Virus record (IMG/VR): IMGVR_UViG_3300044765_000092
Span: 30,679-94,678 of that record
Reading direction: 5' to 3' (one strand)
Source of the DNA: a virus
Taxonomy: Duplodnaviria; Heunggongvirae; Uroviricota; Caudoviricetes
DNA length: 64,000 bases
The notes under the pieces: generated by a model
Databases searched by the model: none
Told to the model about the DNA's origin: nothing
The model's input: the letters and a program-made list of their open reading frames with translations, nothing else
Translations under genes and position numbers: made by a program
Part shown: piece by piece, positions 39,388 through 47,391 of the stretch
Position numbering within the stretch: the first letter of the stretch is position 1
How the letters are laid out: every line of letters starts with the position of its first letter

Positions 39388-40148
39388 TTGGACGTTAGTT
39401 GTTTGATGCGCTTGAATCCGCGCTCGATCTGTTCGGGTGTCAGTTTGTGCTTCTGGATCAGCAAGTCTTGGACTACAGCCTGCTGCTCCGACTCATTTAC
39501 ACCAGCCTCGACATCATCGAACTCCCACTCCATGGCAATCAGTTCTTTGAGGTCGTTCTTGTCCTTGAATTTGTTGTGGCGGACCACATTGGTGTGCGTG
39601 GTCAGTATGTCGTTGATGTCCAGGTCTAGTCCATCGATGACAAACAGCTTGTAGAGCTTGCGTGGATCCTCGTCGATACTGTCGAGATCGGACTCACGTT
39701 CGACTGTCAAGTTGATGAGTTCCCACGGCGGCTTGAACGGAATGTTCTGAACCTCTAGGTGTCCGTCTTCCCACTTGCAGTGGTGGAAAAACTTGGGCAT
39801 CGATTCGCCAAAGGTGGTCTGATAAAGTGTACCACTGTACCATGTGTTACGGACCCAATGACAGGTATGGAGATGCCCCATAACTGTATGGTGCTTGGTC
39901 CGGATCTCAGAGTCACGTTCTTCGATCTTACGCCCATTATCTCGAACGGCACCTGCGACTTCAAAGTGTCCGACATTGAGAGCCTCTTTCTTGGTCTTGA
40001 CATGAGGGTACGGCATCAGGTGGAATGGTTCACCTTCCAGCTCGATGTCACAGCGATTGGTATGAATGGACAGCGATGGATGCAGGTGCTTACCCACATG
40101 CTCTAGCACCTGAAGACTATGCGTGCCGTCCTCAGCAAAATCGTGATT
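39384..40148 (-). CDS. sbcD: SbcD/Mre11 nuclease, exon 2
   Basis: Begins AAT CAC GAT (NHD) right after the intron terminal G; GHF, GHLH, YSGT..Q..FGE. Confidence 0.85.
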   Translation of the reverse strand, partial: NHDFAEDGTHSLQVLEHVGKHLHPSLSIHTNRCDIELEGEPFHLMPYPHVKTKKEALNVGHFEVAGAVRDNGRKIEERDSEIRTKHHTVMGHLHTCHWVRNTWYSGTLYQTTFGESMPKFFHHCKWEDGHLEVQNIPFKPPWELINLTVERESDLDSIDEDPRKLYKLFVIDGLDLDINDILTTHTNVVRHNKFKDKNDLKELIAMEWEFDDVEAGVNESEQQAVVQDLLIQKHKLTPEQIERGFKRIKQLTSK

Positions 40149-40965
40149 CGAAATGTTCAGCCCGTTTCGCTACGACGGGCCCGCCTTTCGGCTGCTGCAT
40201 GTCACCATGCAGACCAGACTATATCACCCTCCAAGTTGGAGGCTCTCCATTTCGAGCGCCAATAGCTTGCGCCCTACGTCTTTCGACTAGTCGTTGCACC
40301 TTACTCAACTCGCACGCGGTTTCCACAAATGTTTCCAAGTACGCTCCGTCCATACGTTAATGACAGAGGTCTCGGTCACGTCATGCAGCGCAGCAATCTG
40401 TCTAGCCGCATCTCTGCGTGCAAAATTCCGACTGCCGTCTGTTGTAGAGCCAGGGTCTAGCTTCTTGATCCTGCGTACATCCCTTTCAGTCAGTACTGAA
40501 CGACCATTGCTTTCACCCACAACGTCAAGCAACTTAGTACGATGTGCATGCGCAGCGTTTCCCGCTCGTGTGACGTACTCAAGATTCTTGACCTTGTTAT
40601 TGTGCTTGTTACCATCGATGTGGTTCACATGACGTGAGCGCTGCGGCCCAATGAACAGATTTGCAACTGCTCTATGGATAGCGACACTATACGTCTTAGT
40701 GCCTCGACCAAGACCTCGCCCACCGGCATGAATCTTGACTTTTCGGCACGCTATTAGATAACCGTTATGAACTCTCATGTGCGTGTATCCACGGACACCG
40801 CCCTTATCAGAGAATTCCACACCGGACTTCTTGTGAAGTTTCCACATAATCACCACCTTTCTATCAGGCGGCGAGTCGAGTCTTGGCTCAGGATTGTCTC
40901 TTGCGAGAGTTCCCCTGAATTAGAAGAGTTTGCTTGCCGCATTACTACGACAAGGGGCTAATTCA
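40149..40965 (-). mobile_element. group I self-splicing intron (IA2-like), 817 nt, with HNH ORF
   Basis: Exon ends in U with P1 GGGU/GCCC (U.G); P2 with GUAA loop; P (AAUUCAGGGGAA), Q (AAUCCUGAGC), R (GUGCAACGACUA), S (GAUAUAGUC); P7.1/P7.2; GNRA-capped P5, P9 and P9.1; terminal G; removal restores GNHD in frame. Confidence 0.92.
40305..40847 (-). CDS. intron-encoded HNH homing endonuclease
   Basis: IHRAVANLFI...VNHIDGNKHNNKVKNLEYVT..N; GESNGRSVLTE C-terminal DNA-binding module; AAAGG RBS. Confidence 0.9.
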   Translation of the reverse strand: MWKLHKKSGVEFSDKGGVRGYTHMRVHNGYLIACRKVKIHAGGRGLGRGTKTYSVAIHRAVANLFIGPQRSRHVNHIDGNKHNNKVKNLEYVTRAGNAAHAHRTKLLDVVGESNGRSVLTERDVRRIKKLDPGSTTDGSRNFARRDAARQIAALHDVTETSVINVWTERTWKHLWKPRAS

Positions 40966-41214
40966 ACCCAGTATGAATCGGATGTCTAGCTCGCGGTATT
41001 TCTTTCTCGTCAGTGCTCGGTACAGCGCGATCTGCGCACCGTACGAGAGCCTCGGCTTTTCGGCCACGTCTCCATATTGAATGACAGTCTTGACCCCATG
41101 TTCCAACGCGTAGTCGAAGACCCTGCACATGGACTGTGCGATCAACGTACTGGCCTCCGGGATCAGGCTGTCTAGCTTATCGAAGTGGAGATCTCCAAAC
41201 CCAACAAAGTCCAT
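40966..41214 (-). CDS. sbcD: SbcD/Mre11 nuclease, exon 1
   Basis: GDLH, GDV motifs; ends ILG at the splice site; spliced product 337 aa. Confidence 0.85.
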
Positions 41215-41217
41215 CCA

Positions 41218-41898
41218 TCAACCCTTATCCGTGTATCGGCCAGTCCAATTCTTGTGGTGTGGACGGTGCCCGGAGCACACTATGTGCATACATCCCTGAT
41301 GGAGTCCATGTTCATCGCAGAACTCCTTAAGATTCCTACCTGAATAGGTTTGACCATCTGGTGACTTCACTTTGAACAATCGACTCTGGCGCTCAGCTTT
41401 CTTTGCGATATACTCGTGAGTACGTTTGTTGCGATTGCGATATTCTTCCGCCATTGCTGCCATAGCTGGTCGCGTATCTTTGTTGTAATCTGCACGCTTC
41501 TCAATAGACCGCTCACGACCACCGTTTGAGACCCATTCTTCGTAGTTCTGTTCAAACGTTATGAAGCGACAGTTTCCCACTTCGTAGTCTCCATTATCAC
41601 CTATGCGTCCTAGCTGATACTTCCCGGGGCGGTTTCCTATCTGATTGGGTGAAGTCAAGCCAGCTCTTAACGCCAGCTTTAGGTATTGCTGAAACGACAG
41701 CTTAAGATCGCCACGATCTTCGTGCTTGGAGTTTCGCCTCAACGTGAGGTACTTGCTGTACCATAGCTCGGCTAGTCTGTTTGAAAAGCCCGCAGACTTG
41801 GCAAACTCTATTGCGGCTTCGCGGCGTTTGCGAGCCTTCTTCCTGTCAAAGACGCCCTTTGGCATTTGTATCACCAACGAACTCGATTTTGTCCTCAC
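41218..41898 (-). CDS. free-standing HNH-like homing endonuclease
   Basis: LGRIGDNGDYEVGNCRFIT..N beta-beta-alpha motif; C-terminal NUMOD1/HTH-like LKEFCDEHGL; atypical codon use. Confidence 0.65.
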   Translation of the reverse strand: MRTKSSSLVIQMPKGVFDRKKARKRREAAIEFAKSAGFSNRLAELWYSKYLTLRRNSKHEDRGDLKLSFQQYLKLALRAGLTSPNQIGNRPGKYQLGRIGDNGDYEVGNCRFITFEQNYEEWVSNGGRERSIEKRADYNKDTRPAMAAMAEEYRNRNKRTHEYIAKKAERQSRLFKVKSPDGQTYSGRNLKEFCDEHGLHQGCMHIVCSGHRPHHKNWTGRYTDKG

Positions 41899-42444
41899 TC
41901 AGATGTCGGTACTGACTATCGTACATTCACACCCAACGGACGGTGAGAATGTTCCAGCGGCCATGATCGCGTGCTTCAACGCTTTCACGTACTCATCGGC
42001 GTTACCGTTTTTGAATGCAGTATTGACTGACGTGTGTAGCGAGCCCAACGCATACTCGTAACCAGAGCCACAAGCGTCATAGCCCTTGACTGACCGTAGG
42101 ACCGAGAAGTCGTCTTGCATTTGCCACAGTTGACCACGCACGCCTATCAAGCAAGTTCCGCCCTTTTCATAGTCGGCGTCTTTGAGGGTCTTCTTGATGT
42201 CTCGCACAAAGACTGAGATCAACCACCTATAAACCTCGTCTTCCTCTTTGGGAATAACGGGGTCCGGTAGCCCGTGTTCAAGCAGTTGTCCGAACCTGTA
42301 GCTCGTGGTGTACCCGACCACGAGTCCGTTCTTTTTGAAGACCTTGGGTTGGGTGTGGACTACCTTATTGTTCCAACCCGTACCCTGCAGATCACCTGCA
42401 AGATACACACGTCCACTGTGCTCGATTCCTACGATACAGGTCAT
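41899..42444 (-). CDS. HslV/proteasome-like Ntn-hydrolase
   Basis: N-terminal MTCIVG, LAGD, PKVF, CGSGYEYALGSL. Confidence 0.75.
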   Translation of the reverse strand: MTCIVGIEHSGRVYLAGDLQGTGWNNKVVHTQPKVFKKNGLVVGYTTSYRFGQLLEHGLPDPVIPKEEDEVYRWLISVFVRDIKKTLKDADYEKGGTCLIGVRGQLWQMQDDFSVLRSVKGYDACGSGYEYALGSLHTSVNTAFKNGNADEYVKALKHAIMAAGTFSPSVGCECTIVSTDI

Positions 42445-42454
42445 TACCTGGCCC

Positions 42455-42721
42455 TCAGGCTGTTTGTGTGAGACGAATAACCACCGAAGGTCCGTTTGTG
42501 ACGACAATAGCAACCTTTGAGCTACCCTGCCGATGGATCACATGGACGTGGGCAGACTCCAAAGGATGGACCTCAACAAAGTGCGCCAGTGACTTGACGA
42601 TGTAGGTATCTATTTGCTGTATTTCTACTGACTCAGGTGGGTGAAATCCAGTGTTCAACATGTCTCGCACGTAGAACGTATCGGTCTCGGTCAAATAGCT
42701 GTGAGTGATTCGCATGTTCAT
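42455..42721 (-). CDS. hypothetical protein
   Basis: In-operon ORF. Confidence 0.45.
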   Translation of the reverse strand: MNMRITHSYLTETDTFYVRDMLNTGFHPPESVEIQQIDTYIVKSLAHFVEVHPLESAHVHVIHRQGSSKVAIVVTNGPSVVIRLTQTA

Positions 42722-42897
42722 GCGGCCTTTCTTGCGTCTTCGTCTTGTTCGTCCTGGTAGTGGGCCTGCCCCTCTTCCCAGGCCTCGTATTCAGCGAACT
42801 GCCGCTCGGATTCATACGGGTTATGAGTTCGCCCGAGCTTGGCGTCATTCTTACCCCGGTTGAATGCAATGTCGATCTCAGTAGTTCGCTTGTCCAT
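42718..42897 (-). CDS. Rmf/CrpP-fold microprotein (59 aa)
   Basis: Below track cutoff; AAGGAG RBS; AFNRGKNDAKLGRTHNPY...EAWEEG. Confidence 0.6.
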   Translation of the reverse strand: MDKRTTEIDIAFNRGKNDAKLGRTHNPYESERQFAEYEAWEEGQAHYQDEQDEDARKAA

Positions 42898-42900
42898 GTG

Positions 42901-43146
42901 TTACTCCTTGGCAGGCTTGCTGATCAGATGCTCAAGACCAATTGTGTCGAACTCTGGTGGCGGGCCTAGCGTCGTATCCGAGCCCGCGTCCTTGAGACGC
43001 TTCTGAATCTCAGCGAGCTCTTCTTTGGTAGGTGTGTACGATCGCGACGGCTTTTGTTCACCGCCCTTGATCACCTGGTAGCCAGGACCAGATTCCAACA
43101 CTTCGACCGGTAACCAGCTTTTTCGCGGGAGTTCGGGTTCACTCAT
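42901..43146 (-). CDS. hypothetical protein
   Basis: AAGGAG RBS before ATG 43146. Confidence 0.55.
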   Translation of the reverse strand: MSEPELPRKSWLPVEVLESGPGYQVIKGGEQKPSRSYTPTKEELAEIQKRLKDAGSDTTLGPPPEFDTIGLEHLISKPAKE

Positions 43147-44755
43147 CGCTTTCTCCTTCGCCGTCATCAGACGAATCGCCTTCCGAGTCAACATCTTCCA
43201 CCTTCTTGTCGTTCTGCGCGTGGAACAGCTCCATGCCCCTGCCCTTGGCCATTTGCTTGAAGCAGTGATCACGCAGTACCATTGGCTTGCACCCCATCTT
43301 CAGGCAAATGCCCTTGATGGTCTCGCGATCGCCCAGGATCAAGCGCTTGAAGTCCAACCACTCGATAGGTTTCTTGGCCTCGTTGTTCTCGAACTTGAGC
43401 AACATCTTCTTGCGCTTGCCAACCACTTGACCAGTGGCCTTGAGATACTCGTACACGTCAAACACAGGATCGAAACCGCGAGCGTTACCTCCAGCATCCT
43501 CTTTCCAGAGCCGGATCCAGCCCTTCTTGGCCCCCGTACCTAGCTTGTTCTTGATGCTCTTGAGGAAGATATACGTGTACTCGTCCGACCCGTTCTTCAG
43601 TTCGACGCTCGGTTCCTTCTCAATCGGCTCCTTGAACCCCGACTTGGCGTCCACATACTGCTTAGCCTCAGGGGCACTGCTGATGGCTCGCACCTCGAAT
43701 TGGGTCCGGCAGTCTGAGTAGAACTTGACAGCATTACCTGCTGGCTCGTACAGAGGGCTGCCGTAGCGGACCATCGGCCTTTCCCGTAGCTGATTGATGC
43801 CCTTGATGATGATGCGCTTCTTACGCATCTTGCCCTTGACCCGTGGAATCTGTTCGGAGAACATACGGGCTACCGCACCAAGACCTGCACCCTGACTGTC
43901 ATCGTCCAGGCGTTCTGGCAGCATCGCCGGATACGAGTCCAGTACGATCAGTGCTTGCGCACTACCGTCTTGGGCCTCGACATAGAACTTGTTGTGGGTC
44001 GAGAATTTGGTCTTGTCGTATTCAACACCATCGTCTGCCAGTGCCTTACGATTGGCCTTGGTGTTCTCGTACACATACCACCATTTACCACCCTCGTAGA
44101 TCTTGTCTGGCAGATGTCGTTCGAGCATGGCCACGAAATCGAAGAACGTCTCGGCCACCGCTTCAGGGTAGTATCGAATACGTGGCTTGATCAGATACTT
44201 GCCCTTGCTATCGCGCTTGCCAAATACCTCATCGATGCTGGCCTTGATGTTGAGTGTGCGCAGAATGTTTTCCATGTACTGCGCGCTAGACCCAGTCGAA
44301 CCTTCGTAATCGAATAGTGCGATGATTGGAACGCCCTGCGAGACCGCGCTACCGATCGTAGTCATGGCGTCGGTGGTCTTACACGACTGCTCCATACCGC
44401 GATTCGTGTACCAGCCGGGGCTCAGACCACCACCCAAAAGCAGGTCGTGCGCCAAGTTTCCGGTGCTAAGGCGCACCTCGTTCTTGTTCATGCCGACAGA
44501 GTTACTGCCAACCTTGCGCTCGATGTCGCCGAGTACCGTGTCTACATCCAGGCCGTAGATCTTGAGCGGTACTTTGAGTCCCTTGCCGAACATGTCGCCC
44601 GGTGTCACCTTGTCTTCCTTGGTGACTCGGTGCTTCGAGTTTTCCTTCTCTTTGGCAGCACGACGCTTAGCCCGTGCTTCTACTCGCGCTTCCAACCCCT
44701 TGGCCTTGGTGGCTGTCTGCTTCGCAGTTTTGGTTGCTGCTACCTTACGTGGCAT
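43139..44755 (-). CDS. recA: RecA/UvsX-like recombinase
   Basis: LSTGNLAHDLLLGGGL, GMEQSCKTT, DYEG, VLDS, ARMFS, INQLR, PAGNAVKFYSDCR, KNK. Confidence 0.85.
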   Translation of the reverse strand: MPRKVAATKTAKQTATKAKGLEARVEARAKRRAAKEKENSKHRVTKEDKVTPGDMFGKGLKVPLKIYGLDVDTVLGDIERKVGSNSVGMNKNEVRLSTGNLAHDLLLGGGLSPGWYTNRGMEQSCKTTDAMTTIGSAVSQGVPIIALFDYEGSTGSSAQYMENILRTLNIKASIDEVFGKRDSKGKYLIKPRIRYYPEAVAETFFDFVAMLERHLPDKIYEGGKWWYVYENTKANRKALADDGVEYDKTKFSTHNKFYVEAQDGSAQALIVLDSYPAMLPERLDDDSQGAGLGAVARMFSEQIPRVKGKMRKKRIIIKGINQLRERPMVRYGSPLYEPAGNAVKFYSDCRTQFEVRAISSAPEAKQYVDAKSGFKEPIEKEPSVELKNGSDEYTYIFLKSIKNKLGTGAKKGWIRLWKEDAGGNARGFDPVFDVYEYLKATGQVVGKRKKMLLKFENNEAKKPIEWLDFKRLILGDRETIKGICLKMGCKPMVLRDHCFKQMAKGRGMELFHAQNDKKVEDVDSEGDSSDDGEGESDE

Positions 44756-44775
44756 TGAAGATCTCCAAATAACAC

Positions 44776-44808
44776 AAAAAGGCTGGTGAACTCGTGGTCC
44801 ACCAGCCT
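44776..44808 (-). terminator. intrinsic terminator after SSB gene
   Basis: Minus strand AGGCTGGTG...CACCAGCC followed by TTTTT. Confidence 0.75.
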
Positions 44809-44830
44809 AGTCAGTCCGATGGTCTAACGA

Positions 44831-46300
44831 TTAGAACGGAACATCGTCGTCATCATCGTCATCATCGTCGTCGGAGCGCTTCTTTCCGCCCTTCTTGGCC
44901 GACTTTGCGACAGGCTTGGAACCCTTCTTGCCACTCTTGGCAGGCGGTTCATCCTCGTCGTCGTCCTCGTCGTCATCCTCATCGAGGTCGTCATCGTCCT
45001 CGTCATCGACGGGTTTGGATTTGCCTTTCTTCGCCGTGGGCTGCTGCTTGGCCTTTCCTTTGTTGCCCTTTTTCGGTGGAGGATCGTCGTCTTCCTCGTC
45101 ATCGTCTTCGTCGAGATCGTCGTCATCCTCATCTTCGTCCTCGTCGTCCTCGTCTACGACGCGTGAACTCTTCTTGGCTGGAGGTTTTGCCTTACCCTTC
45201 TTGACACCCTTAACTGGAGGCTCGTCCTCGTCATCGTCGTCCTCATCGAGATCATCGTCATCGAGATCGTCGTCCTCATCCTCATCCTCGTCTTCGTCGA
45301 CGGGCTTTTTCTTTCCGCCCTTCTTTGGTGCTGGCTCGTCATCCTCGTCTTCGTCGAGGTCGTCGTCATCGAGGTCGTCATCGTCCTCGTCATCGTCGTC
45401 GACTGGTTTCTTACCCTTCTTGGCGGTAGTCGCGGCCTTGCCCTTCTTACCCTTGGGTGCCGCCTCATCGTCCTCGTCATCGTCGAGGTCGTCGTCTTCA
45501 TCCTCGTCTTTGCGGCCCTTGCCTTTCTTCTTGTTGGAGCCGCTTTCGTCGCCGTCCTCGTTACGCTTGGCCCACGATTCGAACTCGCGTTGTGCGTCCT
45601 TGAGCTTCAGCGGGGTCAGCAGCTTTTCGATATTCCACAGCAGGTAGTCCTGCTCTTCTTCAGTCAGCGGGCTCTTGTCTGCCTTCTGCACCGTGTACTT
45701 CTTGGACGCCACCTTTTCGTTCGGGTCGTACATGATGTTCACGTCACAACCAAAACGCTCGTCCGACAACGGGTAAGCCTTTTGCTCACCAGTCTTCTTG
45801 CTCTTGTGGCGGTTCAGGCTACCGAGCTTCTTCAGCTCACGAACCAGACTCTGAGTCAAACGGACAACACGCACAGGTGTCCACGCCTTGCTGCCCTTTT
45901 TCTTGAAGCCAGACTCTTCTTCGTCTGGAGTTGGCTTACCCTTCTTGGCTGGTTCGTCTTCTTGAACCGAGCGAATGATGGCATTGACGTAGAAGTCCTT
46001 GCTGGAACGGATCTTCTCGGACTCGGCCTCGCACCACGGACATTCCTTGGTGCTGTCAATCTCTTCGGTTTCCTGATCAAAGGCCAAGCACGTGACCGGG
46101 AATTGGGTTGTGCCCCCGGCCTTTTTCTTGGTCGTCACCCAATGGCGACCGTAGGCCACGATCGGGCCAACAAATCGCATCTGCACCCATTCGTTGGCTG
46201 GGAACGTTGCCATGTCCACGATGTCTTCGACTCGTGGCTCTTTGTCCGCAGATACCTTTGCATCCTCAAAGGTACGGTTGCTCTTAAATTTTGCTTTCAC
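44831..46300 (-). CDS. single-stranded DNA-binding protein (gp32-like) with long acidic/basic tail
   Basis: H..C...CPWC, FYVNAIIR, GCDVNI.Y core; about 240-aa D/E-K tail; ends DDDVPF; next to recA. Confidence 0.7.
   Translation of the reverse strand: MKAKFKSNRTFEDAKVSADKEPRVEDIVDMATFPANEWVQMRFVGPIVAYGRHWVTTKKKAGGTTQFPVTCLAFDQETEEIDSTKECPWCEAESEKIRSSKDFYVNAIIRSVQEDEPAKKGKPTPDEEESGFKKKGSKAWTPVRVVRLTQSLVRELKKLGSLNRHKSKKTGEQKAYPLSDERFGCDVNIMYDPNEKVASKKYTVQKADKSPLTEEEQDYLLWNIEKLLTPLKLKDAQREFESWAKRNEDGDESGSNKKKGKGRKDEDEDDDLDDDEDDEAAPKGKKGKAATTAKKGKKPVDDDDEDDDDLDDDDLDEDEDDEPAPKKGGKKKPVDEDEDEDEDDDLDDDDLDEDDDDEDEPPVKGVKKGKAKPPAKKSSRVVDEDDEDEDEDDDDLDEDDDEEDDDPPPKKGNKGKAKQQPTAKKGKSKPVDDEDDDDLDEDDDEDDDEDEPPAKSGKKGSKPVAKSAKKGGKKRSDDDDDDDDDDVPF
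44840..45530 (-). repeat. degenerate coding repeat of GAC/GAT/GAG blocks alternating with Lys-rich blocks
   Basis: About six units of (D/E)n-DLD-(D/E)n-P-KKG..K. Confidence 0.85.
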
Positions 46301-46328
46301 TGTGTTGAAACTCCGTTGTTTGCCCTAG

Positions 46329-46685
46329 CTAGGAACGGGCTTTAGTATTTACAAGGGTGCCGTGTTCGTGGCCTTGGTGCTCGACACGCTTGCGAAACTG
46401 AATGACGTTGGGTTCTATACGCGAGGCTGATACTGCTACCAGCGGTGTGCAGAACAACACCGGGCCGTTGTCAGTCTGTTGTACAGCCGACTTGACTTCC
46501 GAATCGGTTGTCAGCAACGAGTTCAGTGTTGTGTCATCGATTAGCATGCACAAACTCGGTACCTTCTCTTCAGCCAGCAGATCGAACATCGTCTGCTTGA
46601 TAGTCGGAATCAACTCCACTTCTGGACTGATTCGCACTTCAGCCAGCACTGGTTCATCGATCAACATTGCAGTCAAATCAATCAT
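46329..46685 (-). CDS. hypothetical protein
   Basis: GGAG RBS before ATG 46685. Confidence 0.55.
   Translation of the reverse strand: MIDLTAMLIDEPVLAEVRISPEVELIPTIKQTMFDLLAEEKVPSLCMLIDDTTLNSLLTTDSEVKSAVQQTDNGPVLFCTPLVAVSASRIEPNVIQFRKRVEHQGHEHGTLVNTKARS
46347..46353 (-). promoter_or_regulatory. TGTAAAT motif upstream of SSB
   Basis: About 46 nt before start 46300. Confidence 0.55.
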
Positions 46686-47391
46686 GGGTATTACGCGCTC
46701 CACCAGTATGTAGGGTTTTACGTTGAAGCCAGGACTCCAACGCATTCATCAACTTCAGTTTATCGTGGCGATCGGCTGTCCACCGCCTAATCGACGACCG
46801 AAGAAATCTAGTCTGAATCAACAGTGTGCCGTTCAGCAGTGTGGGCATACGATAGTAGTAGAGTCGAGTGCCATTCTGTTCACGCATTCGGTCTATCAAC
46901 CCAGGATCGTTGGACCATGTTATGCCCAACACTTCTTGCGAACTAAAACCACAAAGGTAGATCGGCATGTCAGATGACAGCAGCGCCAACTTAGGCTGAC
47001 TACTGGTCACGCTGATCGACGTACAGAATCGACCTACAGGACTAAAGATCTTTGAGTGTAGAACCTGCAGATAGGTAGCACCTTCGCTATCGATGCTATC
47101 GTTGATGTTGAGCAGTGAGTGGACTAGCTGTGTGCTAGTCATGCTCGGATCCCCCACCTGGAACACGCTTATGGTCGTGCCACGATTCGGCACATAGACC
47201 TTGTGAAAGTCGGTGGAATGGGCTCCGTGCAGGAAGTCCAGATTGTTTAGCGTACCTCCTGAGGGTAGCATCTGATGGTTGCCGATTTCCATCCGGTCAG
47301 ACGGGAACATCGGAAAGTTGAACGGGTGAGCCTGATGTGCGTCCAACACTAGATAACCGTACAGCCCACCTGTCACACTATTGGAGTCCAT
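46678..47391 (-). CDS. hypothetical protein
   Basis: In-operon downstream of polymerase. Confidence 0.65.
   Translation of the reverse strand: MDSNSVTGGLYGYLVLDAHQAHPFNFPMFPSDRMEIGNHQMLPSGGTLNNLDFLHGAHSTDFHKVYVPNRGTTISVFQVGDPSMTSTQLVHSLLNINDSIDSEGATYLQVLHSKIFSPVGRFCTSISVTSSQPKLALLSSDMPIYLCGFSSQEVLGITWSNDPGLIDRMREQNGTRLYYYRMPTLLNGTLLIQTRFLRSSIRRWTADRHDKLKLMNALESWLQRKTLHTGGARNTHD

Noticed and set aside
39384-41214. sbcD as a pseudogene or split gene
   Set aside because: An intact group I intron restores the reading frame and the catalytic motif.
44895-45647. 250-aa poly-Ser ORF and nearby Met/Thr/Arg-rich ORFs
   Set aside because: They are antisense or alternate-frame shadows of the SSB acidic repeats.
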